A model generated the notes under the pieces. It worked only from the letters and a program-made list of their open reading frames with translations. It was not told where the DNA came from and did no database searches. A DNA stretch of 64,000 nucleotides from a virus, in IMG/VR virus record IMGVR_UViG_3300033066_001740, positions 18,607-82,606 of that record; one strand, given 5' to 3'. Below, piece after piece: positions 47,202-57,017 of the stretch. The translations under genes were made by a program, and so were the position numbers. Position 1 is the stretch's first letter. Every line of letters begins with the position of its first letter.

Positions 47202-47951
47202 TCACTCTTCAATCTTTGTTACTGTCCCTTCCATACAATCTAGCACAGAAGAAGGATCACAATGATAAATGCCAGAAGCCCAGATGGGATTAGTCTCAAT
47301 AACCGCCCAACCTTTGTCATGAATAACTCCAATATCAATCACGCATCCAGGGACCGGATCAATTTCTTTGAGAAGATTATTCAAAAAATGATCTGGTCTA
47401 ATATGATCGCCTGGGATCATATATTGATACTTGGGGTCATTAACTTCTCCAAAGAAGAGATAGTTAGACCACGTTTGGACCCGATTATCTTTAACGAAAC
47501 ATCTATATTCCAGATCCCACTGAACGACATCTGATACCAGAACCGGATAATCACCCGCAATTAATTCGTTGGGTTGAAATTCTCCCGCCTCATAAACTTT
47601 GGCGTCAAAGCACTTATCATCCGCAGGTTTGATAAATTTCTTGACATTAATCTTCTTGGCTTCCGCTAAAGTCATAAAGTCTACACGACGTTTAAGATAA
47701 TGGCGAGGCACTCTAGCCAGCCAATCAAAAGAGTTTTGATGAAGCTTCCATCCCATTTGTTGGGCAATAACCTCACAAAAAATTTGTGAGCCATATGGAA
47801 TTCCAATCTGTTTAGATTGTGTTATCTCTTCATCCAAACGCCAACCACTTGGAGCAGGAATAACTTCCCAGCCCTTCTCTCGGGCAGACATTTGCAAAGC
47901 AATAATCTCATTGTGAGACGTGCCCACACGTGGCTGAGTGATGAATAACAT
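47202..47951 (-). CDS. ATP-grasp protein (DUF4343-like)
   Basis: FIKPADDKCF, EYRCFV, VIDIG, VIETNPIWASGIY. Confidence 0.85.
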   Translation of the reverse strand: MLFITQPRVGTSHNEIIALQMSAREKGWEVIPAPSGWRLDEEITQSKQIGIPYGSQIFCEVIAQQMGWKLHQNSFDWLARVPRHYLKRRVDFMTLAEAKKINVKKFIKPADDKCFDAKVYEAGEFQPNELIAGDYPVLVSDVVQWDLEYRCFVKDNRVQTWSNYLFFGEVNDPKYQYMIPGDHIRPDHFLNNLLKEIDPVPGCVIDIGVIHDKGWAVIETNPIWASGIYHCDPSSVLDCMEGTVTKIEE

Positions 47952-48190
47952 TACCAAAATGCCTTATTTGTCAGGGTTCTTTCACAAAACTTTGCTAATT
48001 CTAATGGGATGAATCTTCCCCAATTGTAACTCAATTTACCTTTTTTGATCTTGGAACTAGCTTCGTAGACCCAAAATCCCAACTTGTTAGGCGTCGGACT
48101 GTACTTCCAGATGTATAACAAGTTGGGACTGAAATCAATTTTGTAGTCATCACCATTTACTGAATAGTAAAATGATATTGAATTTTTCAT
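47951..48190 (-). CDS. hypothetical protein with C-terminal tag (TNKAFW)
   Basis: ORF. Confidence 0.65.
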   Translation of the reverse strand: MKNSISFYYSVNGDDYKIDFSPNLLYIWKYSPTPNKLGFWVYEASSKIKKGKLSYNWGRFIPLELAKFCERTLTNKAFW

Positions 48191-50268
48191 TTCAATTCGG
48201 AAAGTTTCAGATTACAAACTTCATAGTGTGAAAAGATTGCTGACGGCACTGCTCTTCCTTGAGTTCTACCACGAAGCTCTGTGGTGTAACCAAACAAAGA
48301 CCTCAATGGCATATGAGCCGAAAGAACTCTAGCATTACCTCTAATGAGAGAGTCTTTAATGTGTCCGCCTCTAGATGATACAGTACCAATAACATCTCCC
48401 ATAAACTGCTCTGGAGTCACAATTTCTAAGGACATGATAGGCTCTAGGATAACCAATCCCGCGCTCTTAGCAGCTTGCTGGAAAGCCAACGAGCCCGCAA
48501 TTTCAAAGGCATTAGTGCTAGAATCTACATTGTGATAGCTTCCATCCACAAGGTGGACCTCTACATCTACGATGGGATATTCTGCCAATATACCTTTATC
48601 CATAGCCCCCTTGATACCTTTTTCAACAGCAGGAATGTATTCTTTTGGAATAATACCTCCCACAATATCATTGACAAAGATTAATCCAGAACCTCTAGGT
48701 GCCGGAGCAATAGTAATCACTACGTGACCATATTGACCCCTACCACCAGACTGACGAGCATACTTATAGTCTGCTTGACTTGGTTTGGTAATGGTTTCTC
48801 TGTAAGAGACTTGTGGTTTACCAGTGTTTACATCAACGCCATGAAGGCTCTTCAAACGCTCCACAACAATCTCTAAATGCAACTCACCCATACCTTTGAG
48901 TACAGTTTGTCCAGTCTCAGGATTGGTGCCAGCCTTCAATGAAGGGTCCGACAACAGCATCTTCTGCAAACCCAATGCCAGCTTATCTTGGTCAGCATTG
49001 GTCTTAGGCTCGACTGATAGCTCTACTACTGGATCAGGGAATTCCATTTTCTCTAGTGCAATTGGGCTCTTCTTTTCACACAGAGTATCTCCGGTGACGG
49101 TATGCTTCAACCCGACTGCCGCCACAATAGTACCAGGTCCAGCAGATTTTATATCTTCACTCTTGCTTGATGCATGCATCAAACATAGCTTGGAGATACG
49201 CTCTGTCTGTTGTCTAGTTGAATTAAATACGGCAGTACCAGCGGTCAGAGTACCAGAATAGATTCTGATAAACGTGAGATCGCCATTCTTATCATTGACA
49301 ATCTTGAACGCCAAGGCAGAAAGCTTCTCACCAGGTTCAGGTTTGAACGATACAGTTTCGCCAGTTGTAGCTGATACAGCCGATACAGGCGGCAGGTCAA
49401 CTGGAGAGGGTAAGTAATCTATAATAGCATCCAATAACATTTGAACACCCTTGTTACGTAGGGCAGAGCCGCACATAACAGGATACAAAGTTCTACTAAT
49501 GGTGCCTTTACGCAAAGCCGCTTTGATTTCATCTACAGAAATAGCATCTAGGTTTCCTTCTAGAAACTTCTCCATAATTGAGTCGCTAACATCCGCTAAA
49601 GACTCAATCATTTGATCTCTAGCGGCTTTTACTTCTCCCATAGCAGAAGAAGGAATCTCGGAAACATCATATTGTTTTCCTAGAGACTTCTCATCAAATG
49701 AGATAAGTTTCATGTTCACAAGATCATAAATGCCCTTGAACTTATCCTCCTCGCCTGCTGGCAGTTGAACAGCTACAGGTCTAACACCAAGCTTGTCTTT
49801 CAGGGAATCGAGAGACATTTGAAAACTGGCGCCAACTTTATCCATCTTATTGACAAAGATGATACGTGTAACGTTATACTTATCAGCTTGTCTCCATACT
49901 TGTTCAGTCTGTGGCTCTACACCTTGAGATCCATCAAGCACGCACACGGCACCATCAAGAACTCTCAATGATCTTTCAACTTCAATGGTGAAGTCAATGT
50001 GACCAGGAGTGTCAATAAGGTTAATGCGGTGAGTATCTCCGTCTTTACTCCAGTAGACTGTTGTAGCGGCAGAGTTGATGGTGATACCTTTCTTCATCTC
50101 AAGAGGATCATCATCTGTGGTAGTATTGCCATTATGGACTTCTCCCATGGCATGAATACGACCGCTGTAAAATAGAATACGCTCTGATACCGTTGTTTTC
50201 CCGGCATCTATGTGAGCCATAATTCCAATATTTCTGAATTTTTGTATGGGTAAATTGACAGGTTTCAT
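48187..50268 (-). CDS. fusA: translation elongation factor G
   Basis: RNIGIMAHIDAGKTT, DTPGH, NKMD, GSAL, GMGELHL, QSGGRGQYG, DGSYH.VDSS, LEPIM. Confidence 0.97.
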   Translation of the reverse strand: MKPVNLPIQKFRNIGIMAHIDAGKTTVSERILFYSGRIHAMGEVHNGNTTTDDDPLEMKKGITINSAATTVYWSKDGDTHRINLIDTPGHIDFTIEVERSLRVLDGAVCVLDGSQGVEPQTEQVWRQADKYNVTRIIFVNKMDKVGASFQMSLDSLKDKLGVRPVAVQLPAGEEDKFKGIYDLVNMKLISFDEKSLGKQYDVSEIPSSAMGEVKAARDQMIESLADVSDSIMEKFLEGNLDAISVDEIKAALRKGTISRTLYPVMCGSALRNKGVQMLLDAIIDYLPSPVDLPPVSAVSATTGETVSFKPEPGEKLSALAFKIVNDKNGDLTFIRIYSGTLTAGTAVFNSTRQQTERISKLCLMHASSKSEDIKSAGPGTIVAAVGLKHTVTGDTLCEKKSPIALEKMEFPDPVVELSVEPKTNADQDKLALGLQKMLLSDPSLKAGTNPETGQTVLKGMGELHLEIVVERLKSLHGVDVNTGKPQVSYRETITKPSQADYKYARQSGGRGQYGHVVITIAPAPRGSGLIFVNDIVGGIIPKEYIPAVEKGIKGAMDKGILAEYPIVDVEVHLVDGSYHNVDSSTNAFEIAGSLAFQQAAKSAGLVILEPIMSLEIVTPEQFMGDVIGTVSSRGGHIKDSLIRGNARVLSAHMPLRSLFGYTTELRGRTQGRAVPSAIFSHYEVCNLKLSELK

Positions 50269-51191
50269 AACGTTTCACTTAAATCATTCTTCACAGCATC
50301 ATAGACATTAATGGCGGTGGCTAAAAGTTTTTCTTTCAGACACAGTTCATCGCACAACATGACGCGACGATAGCCAATATCATATAACCATGCCAATTCA
50401 GACAAATCGGCGCACGAAGGAACCGGACTATCAATGACTGATAGTAGAATCCTAGAACCAACGCAAGCAACTGGATCTTTCTCAATAATCAATCGCAGAG
50501 CCTTAATCATATGATGCGGCTTGGGAAGTTCCACAAACAAGTCTCCCCTAGCTGCCACTAATACCAAATTATCCCTTTTCTGGAATGACTTAACGTATTC
50601 CATGCCAGCCTTATTCTCAATCTTTAACCAAACCTCAGCATCCTTGCCAACCAATTCCTGGAACTGGTCTACATCTGACTGAGACTCAACATAAGAAAGA
50701 AAGTACTTACTGAAACCTGCTGCTTTGACTTTTGCAATCTTCTGCAATTCAGTTTCAGTAAACAATTCTCCCTTAACAACGAGGGAAGAATCACGAATGT
50801 GAAGTGATTCCCCAGGAGCTACCTTAAACTTAGGTCCTCCCTGGAAAACTAGTTTCTGACCACCACACTCCAAATGATCCAATACGGCATAGTCAGCCCC
50901 TGCCTTGAACAGGACAACGCAGGGGGTTTTGACTTCGATTGGGTGATTGAGATAAATCTCAAGCCTCTCCTTAGAAGGGACAACCTCAGTAATTCTGAGC
51001 TGTCTACCTTTAACATCGAAGAAGAGCGGATTGCGAACCGGGTTCGCCTTAATCAATTCCAATTCACCTTCCAACATTGGGTTGGTGATCATGGCGCTAT
51101 TAAGGCGAATACCCGATAGACGCTCATCGTTGGCAAAACGGTTGAAGTGAGGAAAGCTTGGCCAAAGAGTTACTAGAAGTTCTGGTTTCAT
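50265..51191 (-). CDS. pyruvate kinase-like protein (barrel only, no C domain)
   Basis: VTL.P, RLN, DVKGRQLR, LSYV, KIEN, AARGDLFVE, VML. Confidence 0.75.
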   Translation of the reverse strand: MKPELLVTLWPSFPHFNRFANDERLSGIRLNSAMITNPMLEGELELIKANPVRNPLFFDVKGRQLRITEVVPSKERLEIYLNHPIEVKTPCVVLFKAGADYAVLDHLECGGQKLVFQGGPKFKVAPGESLHIRDSSLVVKGELFTETELQKIAKVKAAGFSKYFLSYVESQSDVDQFQELVGKDAEVWLKIENKAGMEYVKSFQKRDNLVLVAARGDLFVELPKPHHMIKALRLIIEKDPVACVGSRILLSVIDSPVPSCADLSELAWLYDIGYRRVMLCDELCLKEKLLATAINVYDAVKNDLSETL

Positions 51192-52150
51192 GGTAGCAAA
51201 TGCTTTGTTGGAGTTCCCTTGACAGGTTTGAAGAACATCGACTTACCACTATCATTCTTAGGAAGAGATGATGGGATAGCATGGATCGTCTTGAGAGACT
51301 TATACACAGTCTCTACCTGATCCTTTCTCTGCCTCTCCTCAATCTCCTTCCTAAAATAATCGATTCTGTTCTTCTCCTTAGCTAGGATGCCGAAGATAAC
51401 ATCAACCACTCTATCTGGAGCTGGCAGGATAGCAATTCTCTCACCACCCAAAATATCTTCCCACTTTTTCTGGATATCAGCATCTCTCAGGTCGCCGCAT
51501 CTCGAAGTGTAAGGTTTTCTAATCAAATAGACCGAATACTTCTGAGTTAGCTCATCGAACACTTCCTCAGCATCCATATCGGATTCCAAGGCAATATGAG
51601 CCAACTTGGCATGCTTCTTGAGCACTGTGGGGTGGAAGGCTTCGTCACCAATCAGAATTAGAATCGGAGACTTGGCTTTGGGCATCTCTACATTTCTAGC
51701 ATAGTACAAGCAAGTCAGCTCGTAACTCTCTCTACTCTGTGAGCCGCCGCCACGCTCGATGACCAGCTCATCCAATTCTTTCTTGAGATTGGTTCCCTTA
51801 GTGAAGGGACGAATCTGAATTGGATACTCATCGGAATGAGCATCACCAATACCGGCGAAGCTGATTTCCATTTTCTCTCCAAGATATTCCTTACACTCAT
51901 GCTCCATGTAGGGCATCTTGCTTACGATGACAGAAATCCACTCGCCCATTGAGCCAGTTAGATCTAACCCGATTGAAAGCGTCTCTTCCGCATCAGTTCT
52001 GATAGAAGCCGGAACCAAATCCGCAGCACGTACGTTTTCCTCTTTAGCATCGTTATAGCTACGATCTACGTGAACATCGTAGGCTTTTCGAGCCGCGCTA
52101 AAGTCATAACCCGCCCAATCACCAGGACTGTAATCAGCACTTTCAGACAT
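51188..52150 (-). CDS. VWA-domain protein
   Basis: MIDAS-like DLTGSM; GIGDA; GGG..ESY; IGDE. Confidence 0.85.
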   Translation of the reverse strand: MSESADYSPGDWAGYDFSAARKAYDVHVDRSYNDAKEENVRAADLVPASIRTDAEETLSIGLDLTGSMGEWISVIVSKMPYMEHECKEYLGEKMEISFAGIGDAHSDEYPIQIRPFTKGTNLKKELDELVIERGGGSQSRESYELTCLYYARNVEMPKAKSPILILIGDEAFHPTVLKKHAKLAHIALESDMDAEEVFDELTQKYSVYLIRKPYTSRCGDLRDADIQKKWEDILGGERIAILPAPDRVVDVIFGILAKEKNRIDYFRKEIEERQRKDQVETVYKSLKTIHAIPSSLPKNDSGKSMFFKPVKGTPTKHLLP

Positions 52151-52165
52151 GATCTTTTCCTTCCA

Positions 52166-53170
52166 TCAAGATTCAAAACCAGGAATGTTCTTCATTCCCG
52201 AACGAACACGACCAAAACTCTGCTGTCTAACTTTAATGAAGTCATCGAACAGATTACTCTGTGGTCTCGCCAAGATATCATCTCTTGTCAAAGATTTGAT
52301 GAACTCGGTCATTGGCTGTGGCAAGGAAGCTGGAACCATTTTCTTTTCCAAGTTCTTGCCGCCGCTCAAAGCGTATAGCATCACCATTCCCAAGCTGTAG
52401 TAGTCTGAGGCTGGTAGAAGCACTTTACCTGCTCTCTGTTCAGGCGAAGCGAAGATGGGGGTGTACCCCTGTGATTTTGCAGACTCAGAGGGTTTTACCA
52501 TTGCCAAACCAAAATCCACCAATACAACAGAGTGGGTCTTGGGCTGAATGATAATGTTCTGAGGTTTGATGTCTCCGTGAATCACCCCATAGTGATGAAG
52601 ATAATTCAAAGCATTCAGCAAACGTTCGGTAATCCATGCAGTATTTTCTGCATCGAGCTTACCAGATTTTTCTACAATCTTCTCCAGAGTAAACCCTGGA
52701 ATGTAGCTCATAATGAGAGCGAGACTTCCATCATCGAGCCTCTGCATGTCTCTCATGACAGGAAGAGCATAGTGTCGGAGGTCCCAGATAGATTTGGCTT
52801 CCTGAATCAGGACGCTATCATACTCTGGTGCCACCATGGAACAATGTTTGATACAAACAAGTTCTTTGGTAAGAACTTGTTCTCCCTTGTAGGTTCTACC
52901 GAAACCGCCTTCGGCAATTGCTTCGAGCACTCGGTAATTACCAATCATGATACCAGTTTTATCTGATACCGCATCATCATAGGCGCGACGTTCTTTTTCA
53001 TCTGAAAGCAGGGCGAAAGCTGCATTGATGTCCTTCGCCCGCTGCTCAGAGCCTCGATGATCTGGATGATTCTGCTTCATTAGAGCGTGATAAGCCGCCT
53101 TGATGACGGTCATACTTGCTCTTGGATCTACCTCTAAAGCCTTATACGGGTCAATTGTAATCTTGTTCAT
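52166..53170 (-). CDS. J-domain-fused Ser/Thr protein kinase
   Basis: DPY..L...IKAAY...HPD (J domain); GGFG, IK, HGDIKPQN, DFG, SPE. Confidence 0.92.
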   Translation of the reverse strand: MNKITIDPYKALEVDPRASMTVIKAAYHALMKQNHPDHRGSEQRAKDINAAFALLSDEKERRAYDDAVSDKTGIMIGNYRVLEAIAEGGFGRTYKGEQVLTKELVCIKHCSMVAPEYDSVLIQEAKSIWDLRHYALPVMRDMQRLDDGSLALIMSYIPGFTLEKIVEKSGKLDAENTAWITERLLNALNYLHHYGVIHGDIKPQNIIIQPKTHSVVLVDFGLAMVKPSESAKSQGYTPIFASPEQRAGKVLLPASDYYSLGMVMLYALSGGKNLEKKMVPASLPQPMTEFIKSLTRDDILARPQSNLFDDFIKVRQQSFGRVRSGMKNIPGFES

Positions 53171-53211
53171 GACTTACCTTTTATCTGTTAGAGGATGGGA
53201 GGACCTTCCTA

Positions 53212-53409
53212 TCACCAATGTTTGGTCATTTCTGCCCAGCTTTGAAAAGCAAAAGCGATCTCAGTCCACTTTTTAGCCGGGTCAGGCAACTCCCAATCAG
53301 ACAGTTGGGAAGCCTTAGCAACTGCTAATTCTGATAATGCTGATAGAATTTCACTCATATGGTAATCTTCCAACAGATCACGCAATAGATCTTTATCTGA
53401 TTCATGCAT
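53212..53409 (-). CDS. hypothetical protein
   Basis: ORF. Confidence 0.6.
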   Translation of the reverse strand: MHESDKDLLRDLLEDYHMSEILSALSELAVAKASQLSDWELPDPAKKWTEIAFAFQSWAEMTKHW

Positions 53410-53413
53410 GTTA

Positions 53414-53803
53414 TCACCCAAAAGTTGATAGTTTAGAAAGCCTATGTAAATACTTAATCAATTCGCACAGATGCGAAATTGGCATCTCCACACCAGTAGA
53501 GTAACCTGCCCACTCACGATACTTGATGGGAAGGTAGTTTTTGAATCTTGAATCTTTTTCCAATTCGATTGCAACGTATTCTGTAAAACAAGGATCATCC
53601 CCACGTTGCGTCTCAAACAGATAAACGTCAACTACCTCATGATTAAGAATATTGTCTTGAGCATCTGGTATTGGATGTTCTTGAATACGGGAAGTATGTA
53701 TGATCACAAACAAAGGACCAACTTGGTATTTGTAATGTGATCTATTCTCTTCTCTTTTCAAAAGAGACAATTCTTTCTTAATTTCTGAGATAGGTTTTAA
53801 CAT
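53414..53803 (-). CDS. hypothetical protein with C-terminal tag (RLSKLSTFG)
   Basis: ORF. Confidence 0.7.
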   Translation of the reverse strand: MLKPISEIKKELSLLKREENRSHYKYQVGPLFVIIHTSRIQEHPIPDAQDNILNHEVVDVYLFETQRGDDPCFTEYVAIELEKDSRFKNYLPIKYREWAGYSTGVEMPISHLCELIKYLHRLSKLSTFG

Positions 53804-53863
53804 GAATCACCACAAATGCGAAGAGGCGGACGAGCCGCCTCTTCAATCAAGAATCATAACACT

Positions 53864-54223
53864 TCAGTTCACTTGGGTATTGACTACCTTATGTTGCAAT
53901 TCGTACTCTTCAATCAAGAAGATACAATCATATGCTTGACTTACCGCGTCTCCAAAGTAGGCATTCTTGCAAATGCTGCGTAAGAAACTTTTAATGTGTG
54001 GTAAGGACTCCCTCTTCACATAACCAGCCTCAATAGCTTGAGCGACGCCAGTATCCAGAATAGTTTCAACTTGATTTTGAATTTGCCAACCTAACTTATT
54101 GTATTCTCTACAAATATTGATTATGTCGGAAATGTCTAGTGGGATACTGTATTCTTCATCATTAACGCTACTGTTGACAATCTCTGTCAATTTCAAATCC
54201 TGGGCAGTCATAGATAACTCCAT
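53864..54223 (-). CDS. hypothetical protein
   Basis: ORF followed by a hairpin at ~53820-53844. Confidence 0.7.
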   Translation of the reverse strand: MELSMTAQDLKLTEIVNSSVNDEEYSIPLDISDIINICREYNKLGWQIQNQVETILDTGVAQAIEAGYVKRESLPHIKSFLRSICKNAYFGDAVSQAYDCIFLIEEYELQHKVVNTQVN

Positions 54224-54320
54224 CTTGAGAAAGTATGAAAATCATATAATAATACGAATTATGTGAACCTCCTGATTTAATCGAACATATACTACAATAT
54301 ATCAAATTAAGCACAAAAGA

Positions 54321-54722
54321 TTACTGAAATACTTTCATTCTTGACAGACGAGCGGCGAATTTCATCATCTCCAAAAGAACAACCGGAGATACAACCGCGG
54401 CACTTCTAGGATCTTTTTGAAAACAATTTAACCACTCCACACTTTCAAATCTTTTATCATGTTGTGGATATAGGAGCCGATATTCTTTTCCTCGACCCGA
54501 AGATTCATACCAATGAACTCTCAAATTGTCAACTGTTTCTACATTAACAACAATTGGAACATACACACTAAAAGCAAACATATTCTCTACTGTAAAAGAG
54601 AATAATGCATGTTGTGTAGCTTCAAACTCTTTTTCTATTTGAAAAGGATAGATTGCCGCCAATTCTTCAATAAGACTATCTTTGGTAAGAGACCGAATTT
54701 GTTCAAAAGATAGATTTTTCAT
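54321..54722 (-). CDS. hypothetical protein with C-terminal tag (RLSRMKVFQ)
   Basis: ORF. Confidence 0.7.
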   Translation of the reverse strand: MKNLSFEQIRSLTKDSLIEELAAIYPFQIEKEFEATQHALFSFTVENMFAFSVYVPIVVNVETVDNLRVHWYESSGRGKEYRLLYPQHDKRFESVEWLNCFQKDPRSAAVVSPVVLLEMMKFAARLSRMKVFQ

Positions 54723-55042
54723 AGTCTAAGGCTAGCTTTCTTGGCTTTTTCTAGGGAAGATTTGATTGCGGTATACAAATCTTCAATTGAAAAACCTGGA
54801 ACAGCCGTTCCGGTAGAATGAAACTCTTCTGCTTTTTTATGACACTCTTCGCATAATGAAATACCATTTTCTTTAACGTATCCGCCGTTTACAATGTCAT
54901 TCCTATTCGTGATATGATGTGCATCGAGTTCCTTCTCGCAATTTTCTTCTGAAGATTTGAAACCACACATTACACATTTGAATTTATCACGACTGAATAC
55001 GTCATCTCTAAATCTTTTTCTTATTTCTTTTTTCTTTGACAT
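54719..55042 (-). CDS. HNH endonuclease
   Basis: RDKFKCVMC...DAHHI...NGISLCEECH. Confidence 0.85.
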   Translation of the reverse strand: MSKKKEIRKRFRDDVFSRDKFKCVMCGFKSSEENCEKELDAHHITNRNDIVNGGYVKENGISLCEECHKKAEEFHSTGTAVPGFSIEDLYTAIKSSLEKAKKASLRL

Positions 55043-55700
55043 GATCAACAACCCTTTGGTACAAGTTTCTTCTTTTCAATCTACCACGTATTGCTGTGTC
55101 ATGAACACCCAGCTGATTAGCCACTGATGAACAATTAGTTTCAAAAATCATATTCAACAATTCTTGATCAGATGGCCAAACAATTTTTGTATTTTGATCA
55201 AAATGCTTTGAAGTTCTTCTTAAATCGAGATTGGAAAATTCGGGTTCAATCCAATTTGGATTATGTGGACAACATCCATATAAAGATTTTGCAGCATTAC
55301 AATTCCAACATAATACTTGCAGATCTGATCGTATTTTTTCTTTTCTCAGTTTAAGAAAAAATTGTTGTGCGGCACCATTTTGACTACCATATAGGTCTTT
55401 TCTTTCTTGATAGCCATCATCATTAATGTGATCAATAACTAGTAGCGCCCAATTATTTTCTCCACAACATTTACATTGATTTCCATATTTTTCGAGTACT
55501 TCTTTTCTAATCCTTAAATTGTACTCTCGCTGAACAGTTGGATGATTTTTCAAGTACTTTTTTTGATTTTTATATTTATCTTTCAAACAAGATGAACACC
55601 CCTTTTTTCCATCTTGGAAAGGATTTTCACCACAATAAATACATAGCCCAGATTCAAATCTAGTTTTCCAAAGCTTTTGTCTACTATTTGTATTAGTCAT
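55008..55700 (-). CDS. HNH-like zinc-binding endonuclease
   Basis: YGNQCKCC...IDHINDDG...QVLCWNCNAAK; C-terminal HTH. Confidence 0.8.
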   Translation of the reverse strand: MTNTNSRQKLWKTRFESGLCIYCGENPFQDGKKGCSSCLKDKYKNQKKYLKNHPTVQREYNLRIRKEVLEKYGNQCKCCGENNWALLVIDHINDDGYQERKDLYGSQNGAAQQFFLKLRKEKIRSDLQVLCWNCNAAKSLYGCCPHNPNWIEPEFSNLDLRRTSKHFDQNTKIVWPSDQELLNMIFETNCSSVANQLGVHDTAIRGRLKRRNLYQRVVDHVKEKRNKKKI

Positions 55701-55730
55701 ACAATGATAACATTATATGCACATCACATA

Positions 55731-56153
55731 TTAAAAAAAGGATGATAGACGGCTAAGTCTAGCTAAATGTTGAATGATTTTATGCAACTCTGATAATGGT
55801 ATGTTGTTAAATATTCTTCGAGAAGAATCATAATATGACATCCATGGTTGTCCAACAAACCAATCATCATCAGCCAATTGGTTTATCTGAAATTCATAAT
55901 TAATATTCAATATCCAGAAACGCACAACCATTTCCGAAGGATCATCATATTCTATTTCATTAAATGGAAATTCCAAGCCACAAATATATGGTCCTACTAT
56001 GAAAATCAGTATATCTGAGGGAGGACAAGCAGACATATAGAGTTTCAAAAAACTATTACATTCATCCTCAGAAGGATCTTGTGAAAGTAATGTTGGAACC
56101 TTATCTGCTTCAAGAACAAATTCTTCCAGAAGATTTAACTTTTTTGGAAGCAT
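55731..56153 (-). CDS. hypothetical protein with C-terminal tag (RLSRLSSFF)
   Basis: ORF. Confidence 0.7.
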   Translation of the reverse strand: MLPKKLNLLEEFVLEADKVPTLLSQDPSEDECNSFLKLYMSACPPSDILIFIVGPYICGLEFPFNEIEYDDPSEMVVRFWILNINYEFQINQLADDDWFVGQPWMSYYDSSRRIFNNIPLSELHKIIQHLARLSRLSSFF

Positions 56154-56154
56154 A

Positions 56155-56448
56155 TTACCAAAACGCTTTTACTTTCTTGTAACGAGAACAAACCTCATCT
56201 ATTTCATGATTGAGTTGTTGCAAAGTTTCGTCTGACATAGATGATTCGTAATCATTGCGACGAATGATGTAACAATTTAATGGTTTCTCACAAACCATTG
56301 ATAACGATCTTAGTGAGGGTCTAACATAGTACAAACTACCACTGTTGGCGTACCAATTGACAAATGTTGATCTCCGCATTATAGGAGATTCATTATACCT
56401 CACTAATATCTCGTAGATTTCAGAAAATATCGTAGATAAAACAGACAT
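56155..56448 (-). CDS. hypothetical protein with C-terminal tag (KKVKAFW)
   Basis: ORF. Confidence 0.7.
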   Translation of the reverse strand: MSVLSTIFSEIYEILVRYNESPIMRRSTFVNWYANSGSLYYVRPSLRSLSMVCEKPLNCYIIRRNDYESSMSDETLQQLNHEIDEVCSRYKKVKAFW

Positions 56449-56516
56449 ATCACCTTACTTATTACCTAAGTGTAAACACTTGGTCAGGGTTAGTTAATCA
56501 AGGTGAAAAGTCTAGC

Positions 56517-57017
56517 TCAACCGTCTAGTTCCTCATAGATCAGATCAAAACCAAACTCTTCATACAAAGCACTCATATCCTCTTTCACTTCTGGATATCG
56601 TGCTGCTAGATTGGTAACGGCATTCTTGCCGTCATGAACTTCATAGAAAATATCCTGAAGGATATTGCTTCCACAAACTTTTTCCAATCTGTCCAACTCA
56701 GAAATCAAGAATGACAAATCAGTTGACTCAGTTTCTTCCACAGGAGCCGGAGGAACTTCTTTGACTACAACTGGAGCTACAATGGATATAGCGAGAGGTT
56801 TGACAGTGGTAGCATGATTATTTGATTGTGAAGCTGCAAAATGAAAAAGAACATGATATCCACCGATTTTTTGTGGAACGTCTTTGATGAAGTTTATATC
56901 ATATTCGTGAACGTAAACGACAAATCTATTGAATTTATCAAACTCAACGTCACAGAACCAATCGTATTGGTCCAATGTCGATACGAATTGTTGCAGCTCT
57001 TCATTGAGCGAATTCAT
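56517..57017 (-). CDS. hypothetical protein
   Basis: ORF. Confidence 0.75.
   Translation of the reverse strand: MNSLNEELQQFVSTLDQYDWFCDVEFDKFNRFVVYVHEYDINFIKDVPQKIGGYHVLFHFAASQSNNHATTVKPLAISIVAPVVVKEVPPAPVEETESTDLSFLISELDRLEKVCGSNILQDIFYEVHDGKNAVTNLAARYPEVKEDMSALYEEFGFDLIYEELDG

Noticed and set aside
48187..50268. Host assignment from EF-G
   Set aside because: My impression of Myxococcota/deltaproteobacterial similarity cannot be supported without a phylogeny.
50265..51191. Assigning the gene symbol pyk
   Set aside because: The protein is only 308 aa, lacks the C domain and has diverged motifs; glycolytic function is not supported.
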